Below are positions 13,449 through 27,317 of a stretch of DNA of 64,000 nucleotides, one piece after another. The DNA lies in NCBI GenBank assembly GCA_024137785.1, contig JAHRHZ010000085.1, positions 3,721,463-3,785,462 on the forward strand. Direction: 5' to 3'. Made by a program: the position numbers and the translations under genes. The notes under the pieces are model-generated. The model was given only the letters and a program-made list of their open reading frames with translations, was not told where the DNA came from and ran no database searches. This stretch comes from Ginglymostoma cirratum (Eukaryota). Position 1 is the first letter of the stretch. Every line of letters begins with the position of its first letter.

Positions 13449-15840
13449 GATGCCAAGAATCCCAAACTTTCAACAAGCCATTGAACTGTACCAAGCACAA
13501 TGGTGTGATACGTCGTATTTTTCATCTTCTATAACATGCAAGCGGAATGCCTTAACACATGTATATGATGAAATACGTAACAGTGGTCATTGCTTTGCCA
13601 AAAAAATCTTTGACGAACTCTGCACAAATGTATTGAATATTCCGAGAAAAGGTAATCAGTGTTAGATTGCCACGTCACTCCTACTTTTTGTTTTCCATTA
13701 AGAAAACTCTCCGCATTTCGGCGGAAGGTTTTGATCACGTTTCCTGCAGAAATATGGAGTCTACGTTCAATCTGACCTCATAATTGAGGATAGTTGTGCG
13801 AAGACAAATCACACATCCTTTACATGGCAGTTGTTGTTCAATTCTGTTAGCTAAATAGTTAGCAGCACAGACAGTCACTTTGGCAGATCTGCTGATTGCA
13901 ATTAGCTATGGGCAATAAGTATAAGATTAGGATACGGAGTGGGATGGGCACCAAGTGCATAGGAAGTCAAGTGCATTCACACGCCAGTATGCCAATTGGA
14001 TACGATGCCAGAGTGCAAGATAAGACAGCTGCAAGATAAGTAGAGTCGGAAGTAATTCGAGTTCCAGACAAATAGGATAATGAGACTGCCATGTGGTAAG
14101 GGTGCCAAGTAAGTGATGGACGCTTTAGGACAGACTGCAACGAGCAGAGAGTCAGGTTCAGACGGGAGGGCAGCATCCTGCCTGGCAAGGAGGGCGGGCA
14201 TGTCAAAATGGGCAGCAGGGGGAGGGGTTGTGTCAGTTACTAGTGAGAGTGAGTAGTCAGTTCCAGCAGCGTGGGAAAGATATTGCAGCCCAGCATATGA
14301 GGAGAAAGGTGTCGGATCTCTGAAATATCCGGGTGCCTGGTCCCAAGGGTTGTGCGCATGCTGAGTCACAAGGAGAGAGAAGCCATCTAGTGTGGTGAAG
14401 TTACAGGGTACAGCAGCTGATGAGGAGGGAGCTGTGTTTCGATGGAGGAGAGAAGTTTCAGGACCTCGGAAGAGAAGGCTTTGTTGGTTCCAATCCTGGG
14501 TTTGGGGAGGGAGTGGAGTACAAAAAAAAAAGGGGCACCTGTATCGTTAGTCCCAGGAGGGAGGATGGTGATAACGTTGTTTGGTCATTTAGTGTAAGGC
14601 GTGATTCTGTGAGTATGGCTATGTCAAGCCTTTCCTTCACTAGTCTATGATAAAGTTCTCCCAATTTTGGCAGAAACTCAGCGGTTTGTAAGTAGGACTT
14701 TGGAACATGGACATGCCTGTGTTTACTTTGTTACTTCTGTTGCATTATTGTATTCCAGGTAATCAACCAAATATATAGGTTAACGGATGTGCTTCTGTTC
14801 TGTTCCAGCCCTGTGAGGTGCAAAGCGATCTAGTTTGACTATTCACAGAACCGAGAACACCGACTTCATTAGTCCTCTCATAACCTGCAGAGTTTGAGTG
14901 AGACCCTCCTGGACTGATGTTGATGATGCAGTTTATCTGACGAGAATTTTGCCGGAACTAATTGCCCCTTCAGCTGGGCGCAAACGATCTAGGTCACCAT
15001 TTGGCAGAAGAACAAGTACGTCATGAACAAATACTTTTTCCTGCTAATCCGCATCATAGAACCAGATGATCTGATCACTATCACATTTGCTGTTTCTGGA
15101 ACAGTGTTTAAAATGGATTCCAGGTGTCACATATTTCAGCAGCTGCTACACTTCCAAAAAGAATAGAGATTGGCAATAAATTCTGCCCCAGCCAGCGATA
15201 TCCACATCCCGTGCACAAATAAGAAAAAAAACTGCATTCTCCAACATTCTGACACCACTCCGAAAACCAGAGTTGTAAAAAAGAAGAGATGCCTTACCGA
15301 AAAGATTTCTCCCAGTTTTTCGCTCAGTGCAAATAAACAGATGGGGCCATACTGATATGTAAAATACAGTTTCCTTCCACTGAAACTTGTTTCCCACCTC
15401 TGTCGAGTAATTCTCCGGAATTCGTTTTCCCTAATGGGCACAGGATGAGTTCTTTATTCTGGTTTAATAACATCGGAACGAGGTAGAGATCTTTACACCT
15501 GCTGAGTTTAGCAAGCACATATTCGTGCGGTGATCATAAACAGAGCTGCATACTCATTACAAAAAATGTAATCATTCATCTGAATAAAACCTACTGCTTT
15601 TGAAAAAGGATAGATCGTATATAGTTTAATTCGGTTCACACATTAATTGACCCATAAAATAGGAGGGTCGCGTTCAATAATAATTGGGATCAATATGAGT
15701 AGCTGCGTGAGAGAGACGGTTTTGAAATGTCAGTGCAACCCGTGATCTAGCGTTGCCAACGAGGTAGAGTCATCTGCTTTTTGGGAAATCAACACTGTAA
15801 AATCTGTCCACTTTAGGTCATCAACTCTATGCTTTCCCAG

Positions 15841-16029
15841 ATATGACAAAGTGTGGAGCTGGAGCAACACAGCAAGCCAAGCAGCATCAGAGGAACAAGA
15901 AAGTTGACGTTTCGGGTCGAGACCCTCCAGGAAAATATCTTCCCACATACTTTATCGCTTTGATGTGCTGTGGGGGGTTTATAACTTTAATTCTGGCAAT
16001 TCTCGTCAAACAGTGAAAAAGATCTACTG
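15841..16029 (+). pseudogene. Gene A: degenerate TM exon interrupted by a PLE pseudo-LTR fragment (~15846-15934)
   Basis: Homologous to 42518-42611. Residual CAVGGL..TLILAILVKQ*KRST with stops and a frameshift; donor GGAGA. Confidence 0.6.
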
Positions 16030-16312
16030 GGAGAAATGGCATTGTCTTGACTCTGAACAAGGTTTTCATTTCTTGTTACATCTCCCTGCTGCAGCCAGAG
16101 GGGATGTAGGAGGAGTAAAGTTAAATAGGGCAAACTGGTGTGAAATTTTCCATAACAGTGTGTATAACCTGGAGATTGCCTCATCCCGAAGTAGAGCAGA
16201 ATGTTAATGTTCGGCGAGTCTGCTCACTTTGCTTCAATTGTAGCTAATTTCTGGCGGACGTGTGACACATGGTGAAATTGATCATGAGCAATGTCATTTC
16301 TTTCTCCGATAG

Positions 16313-16355
16313 GCAGCGCTGTTGCTAACGCTAAGAGGTGTCAATTGTGGAACAG
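16313..16355 (+). pseudogene. Gene A: short cytoplasmic exon (dead donor)
   Basis: Homologous to 42887-42930; 1 nt shorter, and donor ATCAG versus GTCAG. Confidence 0.65.
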
Positions 16356-17057
16356 ATCAGCTTCGATTTGTTATAGTGAGAAATAAAACTACGTTGTGTA
16401 CTCACGGACGATTTATATCGATATTCCTGGAACCTCAAAAGTGCTCATTTTACAGGAATTCATGGTATACAAACATGCCGCGTTCATGATGACTCCAGTG
16501 CGCTCCTCTAGTCGGAGCAGTGATCCACTGGGACAATGATATGGGGGCCCAGAGAAACCTGCAGCTCTCTGAGACATAGTTTAGGAAGTTTGTATTTTGT
16601 CAGTGTCAGTTAAGCTGCTCTTTAACCACAAGGAGAGCCGCACATCAATTCTGCGATTTACACGATAATTCCCATCAACGAGTCCCTGACCGGTTCTCCG
16701 AATGATGACTGTCGCTGCCGCTGAGGGTGATTCAGCCTCACTCCTGTATCCCGACTAACAAGAAAAATAGGCATAATCCGAAGTATGCAAACTCAGAACT
16801 TGCGTTAACTGTTCAGTCGCACATGACCCAGTTCGAGGTCTATTCAGCCAGAACAAGTTCTATTAACTGGGGTTGTGAATGATTATTCCAATGAACACGT
16901 GGCGATCAAGAGCGACTGTCCTTGGCACCTGTTATCACATCGCCGTTGTCACTTGTAGCTCTGATCTGCACTAACTGGTCAATATCATTTGTTATTGTCT
17001 TCAATCTATATTTTTTAACTTCGTAAGTATGTAATATTTGATCAAAACTCTCCTCAG

Positions 17058-17176
17058 ATCAACCACACAGAGAGGCAGTTACTCCGATTTACGCAGCTGT
17101 TAATTTCAGTAAACAGAGGGAAGATGGGATCCAAGTAACCAAGGGAGAGAGCGTTGACTATGCGCAGGTATTCTAG
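17058..17176 (+). pseudogene. Gene A: terminal cytoplasmic exon with ITIM
   Basis: ctcctcag acceptor; QPHREAVTPIYAAVNFSKQREDGIQVTKGESVDYAQVF*. VDYAQV fits V-x-Y-x-x-V. Confidence 0.78.
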
Positions 17177-19857
17177 GTTCCAACTGGGGTCGCTCTGACA
17201 CAAATCTGATCACAGTAATGATCACCGACAACCTGAATGATTTTATGAAGCAAAGTAAGAAGAGCTAGTCACATTTCACTATTGTTTACACAAACTAAGC
17301 GCCAGAGAAATGGGGAACAGAAATCGCACTGCTTGCGAGAAAACGGCAAGAAGAAAATAGAGTGAGGAGTAGGTGGAATATGTAGAGGTCAAGACAAACA
17401 AGGGAAGCGGAAACTACAGGACTCCATGAACACGAACAATGCTCAGTAATGTTAAATTTACATAGGGTGGTTGTTTTATTGCTTATTTGGATACTAAAGC
17501 TAACTGTATGTGTTAGTTTGCTTGTGAGCCACACTGTCATTGAATGGAGTTGGAGGAAAGACCAGGAGTTGTAACGGTAGCTAGACTCTGGAAAATGAAC
17601 CTTTGTTTCGTTTCAAATCTCCCAATTCCTAGAACAACAACAAGGAAATAAGTGTATCGCTGTCACAATTTTTAAATGGCAGTGAAAAACATTGAAGCTC
17701 CTTGTTTAGTCACATTGAAATCGATTGGGCTGTTTACTTGGATCATTCATGTCATACAGTATTGCTTAGAATTTTATCTTGATGTTTACAGCACTGGAAG
17801 TGAACAGGCCTATCCCACAGTACACACCCTACAGAAACTTCCTCCTGCCCTGCTACACAAATCACAAAGCAATATCCTTCTAATAATTTTTATCTAATGA
17901 ATTTGTCCAGATTCCCCTTCAATCCATCCTCGACACCATCCATTCTTTATGATGGCAAAGCGCACTTTTCTAAACCTTCATTGGGTTTTACAGTTTCTCC
18001 TGAACATTTTTTTTGTCTAGCGACTGTCTTTTGTTTATTGTTTCTACCTCCAACACCACCGATAAGTTCAAATAGCTCCTTTATGCCACTCCATTAATAA
18101 TATTGCTTTAATATAGTAGCATTTATCAAAAGGAAGAAGAACAGGAGTATGAAATTCATTACGATTTTGAACACATTAGCTTCAATTCACCTTTTGATTA
18201 TCTCCAATAGCCCATGATTCGCATAATATCTTTAAACTATATCCATATATTACTTAGATGGCTAAAACTTAATTGCAATCAACAGGGAATTTTCATGATA
18301 ACCAAATTTCTAAAACACTTTTCATACAAACAAAGATATTTGGCAAGATGGTGGGTATTGCAATATAGCAATAGCTTCCATGCTGAGATAGTCGCATTCT
18401 TCTTAGGTCGGGAATTCAAACAATATGCACACCTTGAGGGAAAGGCCTTCTTGGTCCTGAATGAACAGCACTTTTTTGAGATCAAGTTCTGTGCTCTTTA
18501 GCTAAGGGCAACAACTGCCAAAAGCAACTCCACGAGCCTATGAACCAATTTCTTTTCCACATTCCAATGGTTTGCCTCAGATTATACTTATTTCCAGGGA
18601 ATATTAACTTATGAACAATAAATTGCTCCATGAAATAATGTTCTAACATTATGAGCGAAACTATGGAGAATTCAGTGCACGATCTTCAAACCAAGAACGC
18701 CCCTTTTTTCAGTAAAGAAATCAAAAATGAATGTCATACAACAAGTATTGTCCTACTCGGGCAGGATAAAATTCTATAAAATTTATTCAATTGTGTGTTA
18801 TAATTACTGTCTAAAAGAGTGAACGCCTAACTAGATTTCTTGATTAATGTGTTGGAATTTTTGTTTATTGTGGCTCGTCTTCAAGACTCGCAAATTATAA
18901 TGAAGCACAATGTTCCCATTCTCTCGCCATTTAGTAGATGTTTGTAATTCATTCCTATGTATTTCGAAGACTTTAACTTCACAGGCCTCGAACTGTGCTC
19001 TAGTTGTCACTTTTTCCCACAGTTATTCAAGCTGTCGTCATCTTCCACCTAAATGCATCCTGTTAATAGCTTAATTGCTCATGCAGTTTTCTATGAACTG
19101 CTAATGTGGAAATATCATCAGTGGTCACTTCATATTGATCACTGAAATTGATTGCAAACGACTCAGACTTTGAATCAGACTCAAATCCATGCACTTAAAA
19201 TAAAATACTTGAGTCTCCTGATGCGAAAATGGAAATAGTTCCGCCTTATTTTATTTCCAACGGTGTGGTCCCTACATTTATGATGGTTTTCGTTTTAATT
19301 CTGGTGACCACTCCCTTTTGTCCTCTTTGTCCTTGGCCTTTTAATGTGGTCTGATGAATTAAAACATAAGCTTGTGAATGGAACTTTACATAGCAGGGTC
19401 TTTCCAGTTGGCTGTACTCAGAATTGAGTGTAACAAATTCAGGTGATTCTCCCAAATCACTTTTATTCTTTTTTCTTGGTTTTGTTTTCATCTGACAGAT
19501 GGACAGTCAATTATCTCCATCCAGCCCAATCGTAACTATCAACATTGCAATCTTAAGTGTCATCTTCAGTAACATGAAAGGAGACATACACAGCAACAAA
19601 CAGATCAGTGATCTTCAGATTAGATTTCAACAGGGTGATTTGACTCGTCCCTTCATTGAATCCTCGGTCCAATCCTCGATCAACTTATGAGGTGTGACTT
19701 GAAGCAGGCCTGCAAAATGTGAAGTAAATGGTGCATGCCAGTACATTTCCACATTTTGGGAAAAATCAGTGTATGTGTATTGAACAGTTTTATTCACAGT
19801 TCTTTTCCCTGACAAGGTGATTTTAAGGTATCCCTCATGATATTCCTCATAAAATGT

Positions 19858-20165
19858 AGGGCGGCTTGGTGGCTCAGTGGTCAGCACTGCTGCCTTACAG
19901 CGCCAGGGTTCAATTCCAACATTGGTGACTCATTGTGTGGATTTTGCATGCTGTCTGCGTGGTTTTCAGCCAGGGGCTCCAGTTTCTTCCCACAGTCTGA
20001 AGATGTGCAGGCTAGGTGGATTGGCCGTGGTGTCCAGGAATGTAGAGTTTAGGTATGTTCACCATGGGAAATGTAGGGTTACAGGGAGGGTGGGGTGCCC
20101 TTCAGAGGCCAGTGTGTACGTGTTGGGCTGAAGGACCTGCTCCCACACTGTAGGGATTCTGTGAA
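19858..20165 (+). mobile_element. HE1-like tRNA-derived V-SINE
   Basis: A box TGGCTCAGTGG, B box GGTTCAATTCC, V-domain-like core, CR1-type tail. Confidence 0.8.
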
Positions 20166-21309
20166 TACTTTGACACGTTATTTCATATATCTTAATCAAT
20201 TTTAAAGATGCTTAATGTTCTCTAAAGTGTGTTGTTTCGCATACTTTATTTTTCAATGATCTGTACATCTGTAAACCAGAGTTTGTTTTGAAAAATGTTT
20301 GTTCTTACATTTTGAATGCTCAATGAACAAAAAAACTAGGAGTAGGGATAGGTCATTCAACAGTTCGAGCTTGTTCAATGTGAGCAAGGCTGATCATCTA
20401 ACTCAATGTCATCGTCCTACTTTCTCTTCATATCCATTGATGCTTTCATTAACTAAATATTTATTGATCCCTTTCTTAAGTATATTTAATGATCCACACC
20501 ATTCTGTGGTAGCGAGTTCCACAGATTGACCACCCTCTAGGTGAATAAATGTTTCCTCACTGCATATCCTGCACCTGTGACCTCTAGCTCTCGACTCCCC
20601 TCGCAGGGAACTCACCCTCCCTGCATCTAATCCGGACAGGCCTGTTAGAATTTTAAACGTTTCAATCTGACCACTCCCCCTACGGAGAAGGAAAGAAATG
20701 CTCACAATACTCCATTCATGATCTTGTAACTGCAGTGAGACACCCACAACTCTGATTTCAAATTCGCTCGCAATGAGCACATCATTTCCTTTCTTGATTG
20801 CTGCACCTTCCCCCTTTGATTGACTGAGGCACATGGCTACCCAGATTTTTTTGCACATCTATATATCCCAATATATTCAAATCCTAATCTTCACTTTTTT
20901 TAAAACGCACCAAAATGTATGACCTCGCAGTTATCCACGTTGTACTACATTTGGAACAAAAGCAGAAATTGCTGAAGAAACTCAGTAGGTCTGGCAGCAT
21001 CCGTGGAGACAAAGCAGAATTAAGTTCTCACGTAATCCTTCGTCAAACCCTTCCTCTACTCTGGTCGTCACACATCCCCTTTCTGCATGTTCATAATTTA
21101 CTTACAGTGTGGCCTCCTCATTAAACGTGCTATCCACGATCATTTGCCGGTTGCAGATATGCAATCGCTCATGGGCACTTAACACAAATACAAGTAAATG
21201 CACGTTTCATGCATTAGAACATGGAGAGACACAAGCTGACAGAAGCGCCTGACAAGTCACCAATAGAAAAGCGACCACATTTAAGTGAAACCCACAGAGA
21301 GAAGACAAC

Positions 21310-21565
21310 CGTAGGATGTTCTTAATGTGTCTGCGTGGGTTTCCTCTGGTTGCTCTGGCTTCGTCCCACAGTCCAAAGGTGTGCAGGCTAGGTGGATTGG
21401 ATATGCTAAATTTCCCATAGTTTTCAGGGATTTGTAGATTAGGTGGGTTACAGGGGGATGGGTCTGGGTGGGATGCTCTGAGGGTCGGAGTGGACTTGTT
21501 GGGCTGAAGGGCTGTTGGGCTGTTTCCACATAGTAGGGATTCTATGAAATCTACGAAATCTATGA
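21310..21565 (+). mobile_element. 5'-truncated HE1-like SINE
   Basis: Similar to 19940-20165; ends in (TCTATGAAA)-type repeats. Confidence 0.75.
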
Positions 21566-22086
21566 AAACAAAACAGATAACCCGAAGACGTAACATGCTT
21601 CGTGTTTGGTGAATGTCTGACAGACTGTCTTCAGTTGGTATCGTGTGGTCTTGACAGCAAAAGACACGCAGAGAAACAACACCATGTTGTACAGCTCCAC
21701 TGTCAAGGTTCATCACACAGGGCCGAACAGTCTGACACCAGTTGACACAGGAAATGAGAGCCACTGCGCCGCAACTACACGGAGAAATCTCTAAGCACTT
21801 GTCCAAAAATGAAATAATTAACGATAAGCAACAAGCCGAAATAGTAGGGCAACGCAGAAATATTCCATATTGTCCTGGAAATTCATGAGACGGGTCTGAT
21901 ATCAACTTCTTTTGAGTGTCGCCAGGTCCGAAGTAAAACTGTAAACAGGACAGTATAGTTGTGACTTCCACTATTACTTAGCGCTTCGTAATTAAACACG
22001 CCCAGTTCCTTGTCATTCTCAAATCTTTCTATTCCCTCACCCTTCAGTATCACCCTGCTATGACCGGGTCCGTCGGCTTTGCGAGA

Positions 22087-22142
22087 ATCGTTGTCTTCGC
22101 TGTATTCTCGGTGCCTCTCAACCCTCGGCATTACTTACATAG
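22087..22142 (+). pseudogene. Gene B: leader exon remnant
   Basis: Aligns with the leaders at 32013 and 51686. ATG->ATC and 56 nt instead of 55; ends CLSTLGITYI g|gtatat. Confidence 0.6.
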
Positions 22143-22325
22143 GTATATGTAGACACGTCTGCTGGAAAGCAACAGAGTAAGAAATAGGTGCACGACACTT
22201 CTGTTCAACGCTTAACGCTGTTTTCAATTATTTCCCATTGCGTTGAGTACGTATTATTTCTTACTTTATCATTCAGTCCGTCACTATCTCTGCTGATAAT
22301 CCCGGTTAATCTTTATTTCTGAGAG

Positions 22326-22613
22326 CTGCTGACGGGGCGGTAGTCTCAGCGAGTCAGGTCCCCGCTCGTACCACTCGGCCGAAAGGCTCAAATGTATTCA
22401 TTAATTGTTCTGTGCCGTTTTTCCTTCCCAGCGTATTGGTGGATGGTTATTGGCGGAGTGGCCGCAAACGTACGAGGCCTGAATCGACCTCAGACAAAGG
22501 GGAAACAAAGAAGGTTTTCAAACAAGGATCTGTCCAGTTCCACCTGCTCAATGCGAATTTCCAAGGGACGGGGAAGTTTCCCAATGGTAGTGGAAATGAG
22601 CTCATTGTAGACG
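22326..22613 (+). pseudogene. Gene B: VJ-type V exon with in-frame F-strand deletion
   Basis: Open 288-nt exon: SQVPA...NVFINCSVP...YWRSG...HLLNANFQ^GTGKFPNGSGNELIVD. DSGxYYC is missing; GC donor (gcgagt). Confidence 0.85.
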
Positions 22614-23839
22614 GCGAGTGATACTGAGGGGGGATTGGGCTCCTTGAAATTAATCAAGTACATATATGAGAAATATTGCTGCTTTCAACTATTGGATGTG
22701 AATGCTGTCCGTTCTCACAGAGAGTCAAGCTACTGAATGGCACTTGAAAACCATACTGCTGTTCCTCAACAAATCCGGTCTGAAGAAGGGTCAAATCGGA
22801 TTCCAACCATTAATGTCGCCTGCCGCTCCACAAATGCTTCCAGATCTGATGAGTGACTTCAGTACTTTTTTTTTAATTTCATGGAACATTGCCAACATCC
22901 GCTACATTTGAACTAATACTGAATTAATCATTACTTTGTTATTCCGCATCATCTGGTTTCGTTCCTTACTTTTTCTACTAATTAACATAACATCACGGGA
23001 CACTAGCACTTCTCACGATCCCCACATTGATAGCGTCTGTCTCTTTGTCCATGAGAAGCTGACGGTCCTTTAATGTTACTCAGGTCACGGCAGTCGGTGT
23101 GTTGAATGCATTAGTTCAGCATTCTGAAGTCTGAACCTTCCACGTTTAGATGCTTTGGAAAGCAATCGAAATGATTTGTATAAAATAGAATAATGCGTGA
23201 ATTTACGGGACGATGGAAGCCATGGCTGTCCCATGTGGCTGTAAGACTTGAGTTTCCACTTGGTACAGCTCAGAGCTTTTACAGGGGAGATACAAGAAGC
23301 CCTGACGAGTGTTAGGATGCACCTTGGACGTGACATAGGCTGCAACGGTGGGCAAAGTTTGATGGTGTTGATGATCAAGGTGCTGGTGTGAATACAGCTT
23401 TGAATCACTTTGAATCAGAAGAGCAAAGCTGCGTCCAAATTTACACGAAACAGTGCAATATATCTTTTCCTTTCTTCGAATTTCTTGAAATTCCTTGAAT
23501 TAAACATGGGAGATTGGAATTAGATTGTCACTACATTGAATTCAGTAATGAATGTAGGACAACATGAGCAGAGCAGCAACGTGCATACATAAAATGAAGA
23601 GGCAACTTACTAAAGATGTAAAGGTTAAAAAAAAGGTAAGAAGGGTCCCTATCTGAAACTTCAACTTTTCTGCTCCTCTGGGGCTGCCTGGCCTCCTGTG
23701 TTCCTTCAGGTCCACACTGTTGTCTCGGACTCTAGCATCTGCATTTCTTGCTATCTTTCAAGGTAAAAACTACTTGCATACCAAATACCAAATGTAGCAA
23801 GTGATAGACACGTCTAAGAGATTTCACAACCAAATAAGC

Positions 23840-24460
23840 AGATATGTGGTTCTGGTTCACCCAGGTTGATTCCATGGTCAAGAAAGCTCAAGCCCGCCTC
23901 TATTTTCTCATGATGATAAGGAAACGCGGCATGAATATAGAGACTCTTACTATTTTTATAGGTGCACCGTAGAAAGCTTTCTATTCGGCTGTACCACCGC
24001 TTGGTACTGCAACTGCTCTGTCCAGGACTGTAAGAGACTGCAGAAAGTTGTGAACACAGCACAGTCCATCACGCATGTCAAGCTACCATCCATTGGCTCC
24101 ACCTATACTACACGATGTCTCATGAAGGCAGCCAACATAATGAAATTCCCTTTCCACCCGATTATAATCTCTTCCAAACTATTCCAACGGGCAGAAGATA
24201 TAAAAATTTAAACACACGTCCCAACAGATCCAAAGACAGTTTCTGCGCCACAGCAATTAGACGTATGAATGGATGTCTCAAATTTCAAACGTAATATTGA
24301 TCTTGCTCTTTGTGCACTTTCTCTGCAGCCGTAACATTGTATTCTTTTCTCTGTCCTATTACCCTAATCCACTTTGCACGGTATAATCTGCCTGTACAGC
24401 AAGCAAAACAAAACTTTTCACTGTACCTAGGTACATGTGACAATAATAAATCAAATCGAA
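23840..24460 (+). mobile_element. Rex1/Babar-type LINE 3' fragment
   Basis: KKAQARLYFL...FYRCTVES...AWY.NCSVQDCKRLQKVVNTAQSIT; 3' end ...TTTTCACTGTACCTAGGTACATGTGACAATAATAAA. Confidence 0.75.
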
Positions 24461-24589
24461 TATGTGATATGGGCCAAATGCTGGCAAATCGGACGAGATT
24501 TGTTTGGGATATCTGGTGGCGTGGGCGAGTTGGACCAAAGGGCCAGTTTCCATGCAGTAAATCTTTATGACTTTATGACTGTAAAACAA

Positions 24590-26270
24590 ATAAATGTAAG
24601 CTCTACCCTCCAGCCACATTCATCTGTGAATGGTGGTAGGCAACTAGCCAATTCACTGGACAAGGATATATCACTATCCTCAATGATATATCAGCCAAGC
24701 ATCTCAACGCAAAATATTTGGTGAAGCACTCGCAACCATCTTCAGCCTGGACTGCTGAGTGGATGGTCCATTTCGACGTCTCGTGACGTCTCCCCGATCA
24801 TACATGCCCAGCTTAAGACGATTTGATTCAGTCTATGTGACATCAAAGATGGCTGAATGCACTGGAAATTCACAGGGCTCTGGAACCTTCGGCATTCCAG
24901 AAATGGCACTGAGGTTGTGTGCTTCAGAGCCTACGTGCCCTTAACCACTCTGCTCCAGTATGCTGCGACAATGGAATATACCTGACAGCATCGAAAACAG
25001 TGATCAGGTTTTCGTCTGGGCAGAAAAATCGTGGCAAATCCATCACTGCCAGATACTACCCCATCCTCTACACTCCATATCCATAAAGTAATGGAAGTGT
25101 CATCAATATTTCCAAGAAGCAGTATTTTATTAACAATAACTTGATTTTTATGTTTGGTTTTTGCCGAGTCACTCAGTTCCCGACCTCCATACAATTTTTG
25201 TCCATGCACGGACACAAGAGCTGATCTCCTGAGAGCTAGTGAGAGTGACTGCCATTTACATTGAAGTGGCAGTTTGCCGAGTGTGGTATCAAGGAGTCCG
25301 AGCAAATCTCGAGTCAAAAATTATCAGTGTGGCAACTTTTCCCCGTTTGGAGTTATAGCCGCCACAAAGGCTGTGGTTGTTAGTAGTCAGTCATCTCAGC
25401 TCAAGAACAGCTGCGCTGGAGTTCCTCCACCCAATATTGTTCGGCTGTTTCGTCGACTTTCACTACATCATAACGTCGGAAGTGGTATGTAGACTGATAA
25501 GTGCACCACTTGCAATTCATCAGAGCAGTCCACAACTAATATCTCGCCTGGGCTGATAAGTGGTAAGAAACATTCACGGTCCCACGGGAGACAATCAATA
25601 GCCGTCACAGGTCGAAAGCATCGCCATTTCACATTCAATAGCATCACTATGGTTGATTTCTCTAATGTCAACTTCCTGGTAGTGACCATTGAACAGAAAC
25701 TGAACTGGAAAAAAAAAGGAGTATTGTCGCTACAAGTGCACATCGGGAACTAGGAATCCTGCAGCAGGCAAGTCACCCCCTGACTCCACAAAGTCAGGTG
25801 GTAAGGTGGAACTCAGGAGTGTGATGAAATGCTTCCTACCTGCCTGAATAAATGGAGCTCCAGCAACAAACAAACCTTGACAACCTGCCAACATAAAGCA
25901 ACCCATTCAATCTACAAGATGCACTCCAGAAATTAACCAACTTTCTATGCACAGCAGCTTCCAAACACAAAAACACTACCATCTAGAAGGACAAGGGTAG
26001 CGAGTGCGTGGGAGCACTACTATCTTTAATACTTCTCCAAGCCACTCAACATCCTGGCTTGAAAATACACCATTGTTTCTTCAATACAGCTAGGTTAAAA
26101 TCATTGAACTTCCGCCACAGTGGTATTGTTGATAATGCCCACACCAAATGACTGTAACTGTTTGTGAAGGCAGTTCATCGCGAGTTCCTCAATAGTTACT
26201 AGGGATGGGAAATAAACACTAGCCCAGACAGCGAATCCCATAAACCCATGAACGAGTAAAAATGGTCAGT
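24590..26270 (+). mobile_element. Decayed, internally deleted copy of the CR1/L2-group LINE family seen at 36683-39967
   Basis: AVVVSSQSSQL...AGVP; tail ...AGGGATGGGAAATAAACACTAGCCCAGACAGCGA. Confidence 0.65.
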
Positions 26271-27317
26271 AAATATTTACAACAATTAGGCACTGGACTT
26301 TGAGGCTCTGGGATGGTGTTGTAAATGTTGACTGCAAAGGGACAGTGGTGACTGAAAACATTGGGTATTAGTTCAGTGATGAATTAACACAATTACGTTC
26401 GAAAGCATTTATTAGCAAAGATTGTATTCCAGCTCAGTAATATTACATGATGTGCCTTCTTCTATTATCAATTGCATGTGTCTGCTTAGATTTACTTCAC
26501 AATCTAAACAGAGTGCATTTCTATTCATAAGAGTTTCGTGAGGGTGACACATAGAGCACTGTGTTGATTTAATAGCAACAGGATGTTAGCGTTAGACAGT
26601 GATGAGAAAGAATTTCATCTTTCACAGGGCAGTGAATCTGTGGGAACTTTGTCCGAGAAGGGCATAGAAGTTGGGTCATCAAGTATATTCAAGACTGAAA
26701 CAAAAAAATTTCTAATCAGTAAGGGTTTCAAGGGGTATGGGGCAACGGCAGGAAGGTGAGGTTGAGATTATCAGATCAACCATGAGCTTATTAATGACGT
26801 AACAGACGAGCTGCGTTAAATAGCTTTTTGCTCTTATTTGTTACGATCTTATGGTCGCCCAGCCCAAAGGTTGGTCACAAATCGATCTCTCAGAAATATT
26901 CCAAATTACAACAGCAAGGCTTTTAGTGAGAAAGAAGAGTGAGGGTTTTAATTCATTCTTCAGAAATCATGGTCACCCATCCTCCTGAAGACACCTGTCG
27001 TACTGACAGGTTTATTGACACTTTGGTTTGTCTGATTTTATATTCGTGGTATTTGAACGCTGGCGAAACTTCTCCCGGATGTGTTCAGATGCTGCACAAT
27101 TGATGCCAGAACAAGGGAGACGGCACCTTCCTGCTGGACACTGCGTGAAAGAAATATTGCACTCACTGCGTTGGACAAATCGAGCTTAATCGAGCTTAGA
27201 ATCATTCGACCTAAAGAATATTACAACTGATCAGTTTTCTCTTGGGGATTTTTCGTTGTTTACGATGTTGTAATGTAATGCACAAATAACAAATCATTTT
27301 CTTTAAATTATTCACCG

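Noticed and set aside
21207-21971. 254-aa minus-strand ORF
   Set aside because: Spans an antisense SINE and has no recognisable domain.
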